From Desulfobacterales bacterium (lineage in GTDB: Bacteria > Desulfobacterota > Desulfobacteria > Desulfobacterales > UBA5852): a DNA stretch of 64,000 nucleotides. Made by a program: the position numbers and the translations under genes. This document shows positions 19,153-29,852 of this stretch, piece by piece (within the stretch, counting starts at the first letter, position 1; each line of letters opens with the position of its first letter). The stretch spans positions 736,001 to 800,000 of the forward strand of contig CAXXVS010000002.1 in assembly GCA_963674755.2 (NCBI GenBank). The letters run 5' to 3'. The notes below the pieces were generated by a model. It did no database searches. It saw only the letters and a list, made by a program, of their open reading frames with translations, and was not told the DNA's origin.

Positions 19153-20055
19153 TTACTTCATGGACCGCATGGAAACGACAAGCCCGGTTGCGATCAGGGC
19201 GATGCCCACCCAATGAAACCAGAGAAACGCTTCCCCCAATAATCCAACGGCCATGAGACTGCCGAACACCGGCATGAGGTAGAGGAACAGGCCGGCCCGA
19301 TTGGCGCCAAGGGCTTCCACGCCGCGGTTATAGCAGAGATAGGAGATGATGGACGGGAAGATGGCCACATAAAGGATGGCCAAAATTGTCACCCGGTTCA
19401 GCGCCAGGGAGCGAATCGTGAGGGTTTCCCAAAGATAGAGGGGCAGCAGCATCATAGTGCCCGCCACGAAGGTCACCGCCACGAAGCTTAAGGGATGGAT
19501 CGGAGGGCGTTGGCGCAGCAGAACCGAATAGGCGGCGTAGCACAGCACGGCCAGAAGCACCAGCAGATCCCCCGGGTTCAATGAAAGGGTGGCCACCACC
19601 TGCCAATCTCCCCGAACGATGATGATGATGGCTCCGGCCAGACAGATTGCCACTCCGGCCACCTGGCGCCGGTTGATGCGCACCCGGAAGAGGAGAAAAG
19701 AAAACACCACAATGAAAACCGGCATCAGGGTCTGCATCAAAAAGGCATTGATGGCGACGGTGTACTGCAGGCCCGAATACGCCAGCGTGTTGAAGGCGGC
19801 TACACCGGTGCCCGCCAGCACCATTAAAATCGGACCGCTGCGGCGGATGGTGCTCCAGTCGCGTTTAAGGGGGCCCAGGGCCGGGCCCAGCACCAGCAGG
19901 GACGCTATGGCCCACCGCCAGAAGGCCAGGGCGATCGGGGGAACATCCATCCGCACGGCCCGGCCCAGAATGAAGTTGCCCGCCCAGAACAGGACGGCCA
20001 GGGTCATCAGCAGGTAGGGCAGGCGTGCGGATGAACGCTTCGGGGGAGATGGCAT
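19153..20055 (-). CDS. DMT/EamA family transporter
   Basis: LFWAGNF, LAFWRW, about ten hydrophobic segments and LMPVFG. Confidence 0.9.
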   Translation of the reverse strand: MPSPPKRSSARLPYLLMTLAVLFWAGNFILGRAVRMDVPPIALAFWRWAIASLLVLGPALGPLKRDWSTIRRSGPILMVLAGTGVAAFNTLAYSGLQYTVAINAFLMQTLMPVFIVVFSFLLFRVRINRRQVAGVAICLAGAIIIIVRGDWQVVATLSLNPGDLLVLLAVLCYAAYSVLLRQRPPIHPLSFVAVTFVAGTMMLLPLYLWETLTIRSLALNRVTILAILYVAIFPSIISYLCYNRGVEALGANRAGLFLYLMPVFGSLMAVGLLGEAFLWFHWVGIALIATGLVVSMRSMK

Positions 20056-20192
20056 GGCGCAGCCATAGCACCGAATCTGACAAAGGGCAAATTCGCTGAT
20101 GGCGGCAATGGTTGATGTTTTGCACCGGCTGGAGTAGGGTGCCTGGGACTTCTGATGACGGTCCGGTAACGACGAAAAGCGGAGTAGACGAT

Positions 20193-21488
20193 ATGGACAT
20201 TCAAGATATGGCCCTTCAGGCCAAGCGCGCTGCCATCCGGATGGCGGCCCTGGACAGCGCAGTGAAAAACCAGGCTCTGGCCGCTATTGCCGATGCCCTG
20301 GAAAGCCGACAGGCCGAGATCGTTGCGGCCAATGCGTCGGATCTCGAACGTTCCGCCCAAGAGGCGCTGGCCGCCCCCCTGCTCAAACGGCTCAAGTTCG
20401 ACCAATCCAAAATCGGCGAGGCGTGCGACGGGCTGCGCAGCATGATCGCCCTGCCGGATCCGGTGGGCCGCACCCTGGGCGCCATCGAGTTGGACGAAGG
20501 GCTCGAACTCTTCCGTGTGAGCTGTCCCATCGGGGTCATCGGCGTCATTTTTGAATCCCGACCCGATGCGTTGGTGCAAATCTCCTGCCTGTGCCTGAAG
20601 AGCGGCAATGCCGTGCTGCTCAAGGGAGGAAGTGAAGCCACTGAGACCAATCGGATCCTGGCCGACATCATCGACCGGGCCGGCCGGTCCGCCGGGATTC
20701 CGGAGGGCTGGCTGGGGCTGTTGGAAACCCGCGACGATGTCGCGGAAATGCTCCGTTTGGATGGCGCCATCGATCTGATCGTTCCCCGGGGCAGCAACGC
20801 TTTTGTCCAACATATCATGGCCAACACCACCATTCCGGTTATGGGTCATGCGGACGGTATCTGCCATGTCTTCGTAGACCGGGTGGCGGACCTGGATATG
20901 GCCGAGCGCATCGTCGTGGACAGCAAAACCCAGTATGTGGCGGTGTGCAATGCCGCTGAAACCCTGCTGGTACACCGGGATGTGGCTGACGCTTTCCTGC
21001 CGCGCGTCCGGGCGGCTCTGGAGGCCAAGGGCGTCGAGATCCGCGGCTGTGCCCGGACGACGTCCATTATTGACGTCCAGCCGGCCAGCGAGGAAGATTG
21101 GCGCACCGAGTACCTGGATTACATCCTCTCCATCCGGGTGGTGGACCATTTCCAGGACGCCATCGATCATATCAATCGCTATGGCTCGGGACACACCGAC
21201 GTGATTGTCAGCCGGGACCGGGAAAGAGGCCTGCGTTTCATGAGCGCCGTGGACTCGGCTGATGTGTTTTACAACTGCAGCAGCCGTTTCAGTGACGGCT
21301 TCCGCTATGGGCTGGGGGCCGAGGTGGGCATCAGCACGAACAAGACCCATGCCCGCGGCCCGGTCGGCCTGGAGGGATTGGTGATTTACCAGTGGCGTAT
21401 GATGGGGAGTGGACAGATCGTGGCCGATTATGCCGGGCCCAGGGCCCGCCGGTTTACCCACCGCCCGCTTGACAAAGCGTTCGGGTAA
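20193..21488 (+). CDS. proA: Gamma-glutamyl phosphate reductase
   Basis: PIGVIGVIFESRP, KSGNAVLLKGG, CNAAETLLV and FSDGFRYGLGAEVGIST...ARGPVGL. Confidence 0.96.
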   Translation: MDIQDMALQAKRAAIRMAALDSAVKNQALAAIADALESRQAEIVAANASDLERSAQEALAAPLLKRLKFDQSKIGEACDGLRSMIALPDPVGRTLGAIELDEGLELFRVSCPIGVIGVIFESRPDALVQISCLCLKSGNAVLLKGGSEATETNRILADIIDRAGRSAGIPEGWLGLLETRDDVAEMLRLDGAIDLIVPRGSNAFVQHIMANTTIPVMGHADGICHVFVDRVADLDMAERIVVDSKTQYVAVCNAAETLLVHRDVADAFLPRVRAALEAKGVEIRGCARTTSIIDVQPASEEDWRTEYLDYILSIRVVDHFQDAIDHINRYGSGHTDVIVSRDRERGLRFMSAVDSADVFYNCSSRFSDGFRYGLGAEVGISTNKTHARGPVGLEGLVIYQWRMMGSGQIVADYAGPRARRFTHRPLDKAFG

Positions 21489-21520
21489 AGGCGGCTTATC
21501 GGGGACGGTATGGCGTCTTG

Positions 21521-22606
21521 TCAGGGTTTCAGTACGAAGCTTCCCACGTGGTCCTTGGCCAGGAAGGCCGTCTGGGCTTCATGGATGGCGGCCAGCGGGA
21601 ATTCGCCGGCCAGCAGGGGACGAATCTCGCTGCGCTCGATATAGCCCACCAGCCGGTCGAAAAGACCCTTCGGCAGCACGGTGGCGCCATGCAGTTCAAG
21701 ATCTTTCAGGTAGAGCTGGCGCAGGTCCAAGGCCACCCTGGGCCCTGCGATGGCCCCCGCGGCGACGTAACGCCCGCCCCGTTTCAGGGCATCGATAAGG
21801 GCCGGAAATGCGCTTCCCCCCACCACGTCCGCCACGGCATCGACCGCGCCATCCGGCAGCATTCCCTTCAGCGCCCCCGGGGAGACCGTTTCCCGATCGA
21901 TGACCCGGTCCGCCCCCAGGGCGGCCACGGCCTCTATCTTGGGGGCCGTCGTCAAGGCCAGCACCCTGGCCCCCCGCCGCTTGGCCAGTTGGACAAGGGC
22001 CGAGCCCACCCCGCCGGAAGCCCCCGTCACCAGCAACGTATCCTGCCGCGTCACCCGGATGCGGGTCAGCATGTTCTCCGCGGTGGAATAGGAACAGGGA
22101 AAGGTGGCCAGTTCGGCATCACTCAGGTCCGAAACGATGGGGAAGGCGTTGTCGGCCGGAACGGTCAGATAAGCGGCGAAACCGCCGTCGCGCTCGCTGC
22201 CCAGATACCCGCTGCGCTGCAGATCATCGGGGAAACGGGGATCCCGCAACAGCGGTTCCACAATGACCCGTTCGCCGATCCGGGCCACAGGGACGCCGCG
22301 GCCCACAGCGGCGATATGGCCGGCCACGTCGGCGCCCTGGATGCGTGGGAAGGCCAGCGGGCCGCTCCAGCCGCCGGGAGCATCGTCCGCCGGGGGGGCA
22401 TCCCCCCTGGCCGCTTCCTGTGCCGTGGGGGCATACCAGCCCAGGCGCGTATTGATGTCCGTATTGTTGACGCCGCAGGCGCCCACGCGGATCAGCACTT
22501 CACCGGGGCCGGGGGATGGCACGGGGACAGCGTGGTGGATGGCGAGTTTGTCAAAACCGCCATAGCCGGTCAGCACGACGGCCGTCATCCGGGCGGGGAT
22601 TCTCAC
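21521..22606 (-). CDS. MDR-superfamily alcohol dehydrogenase / quinone oxidoreductase
   Basis: GVNNTD, FPRIQGADVAG, GSERDGGFA and VTGASGGVGSA. Confidence 0.88.
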   Translation of the reverse strand: MRIPARMTAVVLTGYGGFDKLAIHHAVPVPSPGPGEVLIRVGACGVNNTDINTRLGWYAPTAQEAARGDAPPADDAPGGWSGPLAFPRIQGADVAGHIAAVGRGVPVARIGERVIVEPLLRDPRFPDDLQRSGYLGSERDGGFAAYLTVPADNAFPIVSDLSDAELATFPCSYSTAENMLTRIRVTRQDTLLVTGASGGVGSALVQLAKRRGARVLALTTAPKIEAVAALGADRVIDRETVSPGALKGMLPDGAVDAVADVVGGSAFPALIDALKRGGRYVAAGAIAGPRVALDLRQLYLKDLELHGATVLPKGLFDRLVGYIERSEIRPLLAGEFPLAAIHEAQTAFLAKDHVGSFVLKP

Positions 22607-22652
22607 AAGGGACCTCTATCTTCTGACGGACCCGTGATGGAGCGGAAGGCGA

Positions 22653-23372
22653 TTATTCGATTTCAAACACCATGGTGACTTCCGCTTCGATGGTCAGGTC
22701 GCCGATTTCGATCGGGGTGCGGCTGGCTGCCAGGGACGCCTTCTCGTAGAATATGCCCGGAAGGCCCTGGGGGGCGTAACGGATTTGTTTGACGCGGATA
22801 ACGCGGACCCCGGCGGCCTGGGCCAGCTTCTGCGCTTCGAGGCGCGCCTGGCTGACGGCCAAAACAGCCGCCTGGGTGCGATATTCCCCCTCTTGGGACG
22901 AACGAAACTGCAGACTGCTGATCATGCCGGCTCCGGCTTCGGCGGCCTGATCGATGAACTGGCCGATTTTTTTCATCTGGGTGGTTTCGAGGCTTACCCG
23001 GTTGCTGACCCGGTAGCCGGAGGGGCGCAGGCGGTCATCTTTCTCATAAACCGCCTGCAAGTTGAAACTGGCGGTCTGCAGCCTATCCTCGTCGTCCATG
23101 ATCTTGCGCAGGGCGGCCATCAGCTTTTCTGTTTTTTGGGCATTGCCGGCCACGGCTTCCTGGGCCTGGCGCGCGTTGGTTTCCACCGTGAAAGCCAGCA
23201 GGGCCATGTCGGGCTGGACCATGACCGATGCCCGGCCGGAGACCTCGAGCGTTGCCGGATCGGGTCGGGAGACCGTTTGCGCGGCGGGGTCCTCGGGGTT
23301 GGCATAGGCAGGCAGGGCCACAAGGGCTGCCAGCATCAGGATCAGCATGGTGTTCGACAGAAACCTTCGCAT
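22653..23372 (-). CDS. SIMPL (DUF541) domain periplasmic protein
   Basis: Signal peptide, TLEVSGRASVMVQPD, GYRVSN and C-terminal AEVTMVFEI. Confidence 0.85.
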   Translation of the reverse strand: MRRFLSNTMLILMLAALVALPAYANPEDPAAQTVSRPDPATLEVSGRASVMVQPDMALLAFTVETNARQAQEAVAGNAQKTEKLMAALRKIMDDEDRLQTASFNLQAVYEKDDRLRPSGYRVSNRVSLETTQMKKIGQFIDQAAEAGAGMISSLQFRSSQEGEYRTQAAVLAVSQARLEAQKLAQAAGVRVIRVKQIRYAPQGLPGIFYEKASLAASRTPIEIGDLTIEAEVTMVFEIE

Positions 23373-23502
23373 GGCACAATCCTTTCACATATTCGGTGGT
23401 ATAAGCGCTTCCAAGGGTTCGTATGGGATATACACCGTTTTGACGCCCTGCGCCACCTCTTCCTTTTCGCTGGAATGTCATCGGTCGGCCGAATATACGG
23501 CG

Positions 23503-24354
23503 CTACCGTTGGTTCTTCGAAGCAGGCCTGATCCAGGCGCCATCCTGGCGATAGCCGCTGCTGATGGCTTTCAGACGGTCTTTCTGATCGCGAAAGCGTG
23601 ATTTCATGGACAACAGCCACTCGCGATGGGCAAGCGCCTCCTGCTGGCTCAGGAAGAGTTCGTGGTCACTGCGCTGGATATGCAGCCGCGTCTGTCCCTC
23701 TTTGGATTCCAGGGTACCGGCATTGCTGCAAAGCATGCAGCGCACCCGGTCATGGGACAGGAACCGGAAGGTGCGTCCGCCGCACAGCGGACAACGCGGT
23801 CCGGCGTCCGGCGGCGGAGCGTCCAGCAGGGCTTCTGCCAGGGCGCGGGCCGTTTCCCGGTTCTGGCGGTTGAGAAAGATTTCGCCGGGCAGGGCGCCGT
23901 AGATCATGCGGCCGGCGCGAATGTCGGCAAACAACAGCGTCAGGAAATTCTCCAGCCCCAGCAGGGTATAACCTTCTTTGCCCGGGAGGCCGGCAATGCC
24001 CACGGCCACCGCCGGTTTGCCCCACAGGGCTTCGATATGGGGATAAAGGGCCAGCCCGCGGTCGGTAAAGCGCTTCAGGCAGGCGTTGGGGCCCAGGAAA
24101 TAGGTCGGTGCGGCCACGATGAGGGCATCGGCCGCGAGAATCGCCTGGCACACGGCTTGGTAGTCGTCTTCAATGGGGCACTGTCCTTTGAGCAAACACA
24201 GGTAGCATCCGCGGCAGGCTGCGATGTTGAACTCCGGCAGACGCAGGAGTGTCAAATCGTGGGCCATGGGCAGCTGCCGACTGATTTCCTTGGCCATAAG
24301 CTCGCAGTTGCCGAGCCGGCGCGGCGAGCCTAAAAGGGCCAGTATGGTTTTCAA
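23503..24354 (-). CDS. Flavodoxin-like (iron-sulfur flavoprotein) protein with C-terminal Zn-ribbon-like motif
   Basis: GSPRxxGN, CRGCYLCxxxxxC, PTYF and CPLC...CMLC; TTG start with AAGGAG RBS overlapping the upstream stop. Confidence 0.85.
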   Translation of the reverse strand: MKTILALLGSPRRLGNCELMAKEISRQLPMAHDLTLLRLPEFNIAACRGCYLCLLKGQCPIEDDYQAVCQAILAADALIVAAPTYFLGPNACLKRFTDRGLALYPHIEALWGKPAVAVGIAGLPGKEGYTLLGLENFLTLLFADIRAGRMIYGALPGEIFLNRQNRETARALAEALLDAPPPDAGPRCPLCGGRTFRFLSHDRVRCMLCSNAGTLESKEGQTRLHIQRSDHELFLSQQEALAHREWLLSMKSRFRDQKDRLKAISSGYRQDGAWIRPASKNQR

Positions 24355-24800
24355 GAGGACTCCTTTCCCGCAAGGGCGGCAAGGCACTTCCTGATGCTGA
24401 CCGCCACCACCTGCTGCACCATATGGGGGAGCGGCTCTGCCGTGAGTCCGACGAGGGTCACATCCTCCTGGGAAAGGGGCAGCAGTATTTTAGGGGCCCG
24501 GCTGCTGGTAACGGCTTCGGCCATACGGGAGGTAACTTCTCCGAGCATGGCGTTGGCCCAGGTGATGGCAACCGTCCCCACGATGAGATCTGCTTGGGCC
24601 GCGGTGCGGACGATGGCGTTTTCGCCGGAGGCACCGCGGTTGGCACCGGCTTTCATCATCTGCGCGGTGGCGATGGCATTGGTTCCCAGGGCCAGGATTT
24701 CCACCTGGTCCCGATAGTGCCGCTGGATGGACTTGATCAGGGTGGCGCCAATGCCGCCGCCCTGGCCATCGATGACACAGATTCGGACACGACCGGGCAC
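24351..24800 (-). CDS. DUF3842 family protein
   Basis: ICVIDGQGGGIG, ALGTNAIAT and GASGENA; GTG start behind AAAGGAGG. Confidence 0.85.
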   Translation of the reverse strand: MPGRVRICVIDGQGGGIGATLIKSIQRHYRDQVEILALGTNAIATAQMMKAGANRGASGENAIVRTAAQADLIVGTVAITWANAMLGEVTSRMAEAVTSSRAPKILLPLSQEDVTLVGLTAEPLPHMVQQVVAVSIRKCLAALAGKESS

Positions 24801-24908
24801 ACCCCCTCCTTTTCGGTCCATGGTTTTTATCAATTCCCGCAATCCTCTGTCGGTGCGGAACTCCCTGAGGTCATGCCGGCCATAGCGCCGTGGGCCGCCA
24901 TCCCTTTT

Positions 24909-25256
24909 TCAACGCCGCAGCAGCATGGGGCCCAGAGGGCGGCCGCCGAAAAGATGCATATGCAGATGGAAGACTTCCTGCCCGCCGTGTTTGTTGCAGT
25001 TGATCAGCAGGCGATACCCGTCTTCGGCAATCCCCTCCTGGGCGGCGATTTTACGGGCCGCCGTGAACATCTTGCCGATCAGGCGTTCGTCTTCTTGTCC
25101 GATATCGTTGACCGTGGGGATCTCCTTGTTGGGCACGATCAGGATGTGGACCGGCGCTTGGGGTTCGATGTCGCGGAAGGCGGTGATATCCTCATCCTGG
25201 TACACCATGTCCGATGGAATTTCCTTATTGATGATCTTGCTGAAGATCGTCGCCAT
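24909..25256 (-). CDS. hinT: Histidine triad (HIT) nucleotide-binding protein
   Basis: [24 protein letters not shown] and [15 protein letters not shown]. Confidence 0.93.
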   Translation of the reverse strand: MATIFSKIINKEIPSDMVYQDEDITAFRDIEPQAPVHILIVPNKEIPTVNDIGQEDERLIGKMFTAARKIAAQEGIAEDGYRLLINCNKHGGQEVFHLHMHLFGGRPLGPMLLRR

Positions 25257-25450
25257 TGCGTTGTCCCTCCCATGGATGATGAAGTTCGGTCGATGCGGTC
25301 ATTAGCGTATAGAGACCTTGCGCGGCAACGCGCATTCCGCAAAGGGCTACTGAAACAGTCCGGACCTGTCAAGCACGATTTGTTGGCGGGCCGAGCGTTG
25401 CTTGGTTAGCCGGCAGCGGGGTGGACGATGAGGCACTGCCTTTGGTCATG

Positions 25451-26944
25451 TCAGCCGGCGGGATCAAGATCCGAGAAACGGTTTATGCTTTCCAGGCGGG
25501 CCACCTCGCGGCGATAGCGCCCTTTCCAGCCATACTTCTTTTGCGCCCGGGCAACCACCCATTTCATCAGAGGCCGGAAAGCGAAGCGCCAAATGGAGGT
25601 CCACAGCCGTCCCTGCCGTCGGATACGCTCCGAAGGTTCCCACCATCCCATGACCTTCAGCCGATGATACCAGCAAAGGTAGTGCAATCGCTCGGAACTT
25701 AGATGGCGGGTGCGCACGTTGGCCCACATGCCGTTGTAACGGGTGAAATTGTCGGAGTTGGTCACGAGACCGGCCGTGGTGAGTTCCTCGCGAATGCCGG
25801 TTTTCGGGTAGGGGGTCAAAATCTGGCAATAGGCCGTATCCGCTCCGGTGGATTTCAGGAACTGGTAGTTGGCGATAATGTCGGCCTCATCATCGTCCGG
25901 GAACCCGAAGATCATGCCGCCGACCACCATGATGCCGTATTGGTGGCAGAGGGCCACCGCCCGGCGGGAATAGTCCGGTGTATTGCCTTTCCGGGCGACC
26001 GCCAGGTTATGGGCGGAGGCATTCTCAATGCCTAGGAAAACCGATTTGAACCCGGCCCGGGCCATCATGCGGACCATGGGTTCGTTGCGCGCCATGGTAA
26101 CGCAGTCGGCCTGGACGACGAAGTACAGGTTGCGGTAGCCGCGGGCGATAATGGCTTTGCACATGGTGATCACGCGATCGGGGTCCAGGACCATGTTGTC
26201 ATCCGCCACAAAGATCCAGCGGACATGACGGCGATAGTAGATATCGTCGATATCGGCCAGAATGCGTTCAAGCGGAAAGGGGCGGAAGGCGCGCCCGTAC
26301 ATGTGCCGGATGCTGCAGAAGTTGCAGGTTCGGGTGCAACCGCGGGACGTCTCCATGACCTCGCAGTGGCGATTCATGATATGGTAGCCCCGGGTTAGGC
26401 GCCGGTTATCGCGTATCGGCAGTTTCAATCCCGCCAGATCAAGCAGTTCGCCCTGCTGATTATGAATGAAATGCCCTTCGTGCCTGTAGGAGAGAGAGGC
26501 AATATCCGCCAGGTGAGCCTTGCCTTCCAAGGCGGATACCAGGGCCTGAAAGGCGGCTTCCCCCTCTCCTCGGATCAGAAAATCGATCTGGGCCGCATCC
26601 GGAGAAGCACCGATTTCCTGATACATTAGGGTGGCGTGGTAGCCACCAAGCACTATCCTGGCCTCCGGCAGCAGCCGTTTGACAAGGGCGATGATTTTCA
26701 GACAAGTGGCATATTGCCAGGTCATGGCAGAAAACCCTATCAATTGCGGTTTGATGTGCCGCAGGGTCTTCGTCAGGTAGCGTCTTAATTGGCGCCGCTT
26801 GCGGATAAGGTCGATCAGATGGACCTCGTGGCGTTCTTCCAGGTTGGCGCCGAGGCTGGCAATACCGAGGTTGGGCATGTGAAAGGCCGCGGGGTGCATG
26901 ATAACCGGCGCCACATCCGGCATTGAGAGAAGAACGATCTTCAT
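25451..26944 (-). CDS. B12-binding-domain radical SAM protein
   Basis: GGYHAT, RGEGE, ETSRGCTRTCNFC and TPYPKT. Confidence 0.9.
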   Translation of the reverse strand: MKIVLLSMPDVAPVIMHPAAFHMPNLGIASLGANLEERHEVHLIDLIRKRRQLRRYLTKTLRHIKPQLIGFSAMTWQYATCLKIIALVKRLLPEARIVLGGYHATLMYQEIGASPDAAQIDFLIRGEGEAAFQALVSALEGKAHLADIASLSYRHEGHFIHNQQGELLDLAGLKLPIRDNRRLTRGYHIMNRHCEVMETSRGCTRTCNFCSIRHMYGRAFRPFPLERILADIDDIYYRRHVRWIFVADDNMVLDPDRVITMCKAIIARGYRNLYFVVQADCVTMARNEPMVRMMARAGFKSVFLGIENASAHNLAVARKGNTPDYSRRAVALCHQYGIMVVGGMIFGFPDDDEADIIANYQFLKSTGADTAYCQILTPYPKTGIREELTTAGLVTNSDNFTRYNGMWANVRTRHLSSERLHYLCWYHRLKVMGWWEPSERIRRQGRLWTSIWRFAFRPLMKWVVARAQKKYGWKGRYRREVARLESINRFSDLDPAG

Positions 26945-27291
26945 AGAATCCTCCAATGGCAAAGCAGTGGGTTCCATAATGCCATAGGGTGCAGACGTAT
27001 ACCTGGATCAGGAGAAAACGCGGGCGTGCTTTCGAATCGAGAATTGCCCTTCACCATAGCACAGTAAGGCCGAGATAACAGGACGTTTTACGATCTTGCT
27101 GCCCCCGGGCATGCGACAGAAGCCTCTCGGACGAAGCGCATACCGCACAAGGGAATCTGAACGGCCGACGTATCGCTTGGCGGCAGGGGCCAGAACATCG
27201 GCAGGACGAGCAGGCGTGGGGAGATGGCCCGCCGCAGGCTCGTTGGGCATCGCAATGCCGAATTGCGGAGCCCGGCAAAACAAACCGATGA

Positions 27292-27738
27292 TTAGGGGCG
27301 GGGGTTAGGGGTCGGGCCGGAAGTATCCGGGACATCTTTCGGGGCGGCCCCCGACAACTGCGCCATGACCACCATCACCGCCCACCTGAGATCCAAATCA
27401 AGATGCTCGGGATCCTTGTAGAAGGTATCCAGTGCTTCCAGCAGATGCTGCCGATCCCATTTCCCGATTTGCCGTTCTAAGACGTTGGCGATGCCGGCCA
27501 CGGCGCGCTGGCATTCGGGGGCCAATGCTTTGTCGCCCTGGTCGGCCTGCCCGTAGCGGACCACCCGGTCCTGGCCGAACAGGATCCCGTTTATGACACC
27601 GTGTACGAACAGACGTTTTTGGTCGACCGAACACGTTCGCCAATAGTGGCCGTCAAAGGTGGTGTCGGCAGCCTCGGCGATGGCGGCGATACTGAGAAAC
27701 AGGGTGATCATAGCGATGCATAACGGCTTTCGTGGCAT
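27292..27738 (-). CDS. Exported hypothetical protein
   Basis: Signal peptide ending AEA, then FDGHYW. Confidence 0.75.
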   Translation of the reverse strand: MPRKPLCIAMITLFLSIAAIAEAADTTFDGHYWRTCSVDQKRLFVHGVINGILFGQDRVVRYGQADQGDKALAPECQRAVAGIANVLERQIGKWDRQHLLEALDTFYKDPEHLDLDLRWAVMVVMAQLSGAAPKDVPDTSGPTPNPRP

Positions 27739-28118
27739 GACTGTTCTTTTCTTTCAGAGGGTTCAAAGGGCATCGCCCAAGCGTTACCTATCGGCGAACG
27801 GGACCCGATTCCGACACAAGAAGCATTGCTTCGGGCCGGGTTCGCCGAGCAGGCGGTTTCATCCAGGGACGATACTGGAAGTTGTCGTTTGGGGCGCTTC
27901 AGGGGAATGGCGGATAAGGCCCATCCAATCCTGCTCCAGCGATCAGCGTTATTCTTCTATAACAAATGGACCGTGGTGACAAGGGACGGCGGATAGGATG
28001 ATAGACGACCGCTTAGGCGATTCGCAGAAGAAGATCGGGCGCGCGTTGAAAGGCGGGTGGCGGCGGGAAAACGTTTTTTGAAAAACGGAAAGCGACCGTC
28101 ACGCCAGGGCTTTCGGGA

Positions 28119-28295
28119 TCAGCAGCGACCGTTTGCCAGGCAAAAGCGCAGATACTGGCGTTCGGCTTCATGGAAATCAGCCTCGGAGTAATATTCGAGA
28201 TTTTCGGTCACCCGGAATTTTCGGCGGTATTTGGCGACAATTCGGTCGATACCCTGGCGGTCGCCGCTGGCGGTGTCTTTTTCTTGCAAGACCAT
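28119..28295 (-). CDS. Small hypothetical protein (58 aa)
   Basis: GAGG RBS; YRRKFRVTENLEYYSEADFHEAERQYLRFCL reads as a plausible protein. Confidence 0.65.
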   Translation of the reverse strand: MVLQEKDTASGDRQGIDRIVAKYRRKFRVTENLEYYSEADFHEAERQYLRFCLANGRC

Positions 28296-28735
28296 AAGTA
28301 TCCTCTCTTGGATTGCCCCTATCAGACGGGAGAGCAAAGCCCTGCAGCGTTTCGTGGTTAAGGGGCGGCTTTCCCGACCTGGTCCCTTACGCCACCCTAC
28401 AGAGCTGCGGGTGAAGGCGTACCGGTCGTGGAACGTCATGGAGGCCTTAAGCCCTTTGTAGGGAATCTGGTTAGCAGGGAACATGCCAGCCGACCGCAAT
28501 AGGCTTAAGATGCCGAAATTAAGAAAAATATAGAAATGACGGGTATCGGCAAGGCGCAGGAGTGTGGAAACGTTTCATCAAAACTGGGTAATACAGATGC
28601 CACTGTCCGATCTTACGATCCGGCCACCGATGACGTTGTCAAAAGAATCCGATGGAAGCAAAAGGAGGGGAGAATATATTGTCAGTGAATGCGGCCTGGC
28701 AGCGCAGCGATACCACCAGGCCGCACTAGAAAGTT

Positions 28736-29008
28736 TTACACGGCATCCTGGAGTTTTTTGCCGGCTTTGAACTTCACGACATTTTTGGCCTTGATTTTAA
28801 TGGCCTCGCCCGTCTGGGGATTGCGACCCTTGCGGGCTTTGCGGCGAACCTTGGAGAAGGTGCCGAAGCCGACCAAGGTAACTTTGCCGTCTTTTTTCTT
28901 CAATGCCTTGGTAACACTGCCGACAAAAGAATCCAAAGCCGTTCCGGCAGCGGCTTTGGTGATACCGGCATCACTCGCCATTTTTTCAATCAATTCCGCT
29001 TTTGTCAT
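28736..29008 (-). CDS. hup: DNA-binding protein HU
   Basis: [25 protein letters not shown] and FKAGKKL; AGGAGG RBS. Confidence 0.97.
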   Translation of the reverse strand: MTKAELIEKMASDAGITKAAAGTALDSFVGSVTKALKKKDGKVTLVGFGTFSKVRRKARKGRNPQTGEAIKIKAKNVVKFKAGKKLQDAV

Positions 29009-29419
29009 CTGTCGTCATCCTCCTGTTGTTCGAAAATGTTGATGGTGCCACCTGTTTCTGAAAATGGCATCTACTGGATGAAACGCCAATTGTCAACACT
29101 TCACATGCGTGGCAGCATGTTTTTTTTTCATTGGTAATGATTTCCGTCGGTCGGTTCGACCAAACTACGATGTACACTGGGTTCTGGAAGATCGGATATT
29201 TTGGCTATCGATGGGGGCCACCGTGTCCGGAGGGTGACTGCCCACGGTGGCCCGAAACGGCGCTGTCTAATTCTATCCATCTGTTATGACTGTTATAATA
29301 AAGTTATGCGGAGAAAAAGAAGACGGATTCCAACCACATCGATGGCGATCGGGAATAAGCAGAACGGGCTGGTGGATACTATTGGCCGGGGACCTGGCGA
29401 TAGGCACGTCGCGAGGATC

Positions 29420-29833
29420 TCACAGCCGTTTTCCCAGACTGACGACCTCATCTTCGTTGAAGCCCAGGGCGCGGTAAAAGGCAATCACAGACGAATTGGT
29501 TCGGCGCACTTGCAGGTTGATCTTGGGGCAGCCCAGGGCGCGCAAGGCCGTCTCGGCTGCGCCCATCAAGGCTTTGCCCACGCCCTGGCGCCGGCGGTCC
29601 GGTGCCACGGCAAGGTAGTTGATCCATCCGCGATGGCCTTCATAGCCGGCCATGATCGTACCCACCAGGCGACCATCCAGCAGGGCGACCAGGAACAGGT
29701 CGGGTTGAAAGCGCACTTTGGCGGCGATATCCATGACCGGGTCGTTTTGCGGCACCACCAGGCGGCAGTCCTGCCACAGTGCTATGAGCGCGTCTTGATC
29801 ATCGGCTGTAAAGGGGCGGATGGTGAGTGTCAT
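29420..29833 (-). CDS. GNAT acetyltransferase (YpeA-like)
   Basis: MAGYEGHRGWINYLAV, RRQGVG, GCPKINLQVR and FYRALGF. Confidence 0.9.
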   Translation of the reverse strand: MTLTIRPFTADDQDALIALWQDCRLVVPQNDPVMDIAAKVRFQPDLFLVALLDGRLVGTIMAGYEGHRGWINYLAVAPDRRRQGVGKALMGAAETALRALGCPKINLQVRRTNSSVIAFYRALGFNEDEVVSLGKRL

Positions 29834-29852
29834 TGGCATTCTCCCCGACAGG

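Noticed and set aside
20007..21461. Long antisense ORFs (also 4612-5883, 40494-41756, 52959-54200 and others)
   Set aside because: Shadows of well-supported genes in GC-rich DNA with no recognisable motifs
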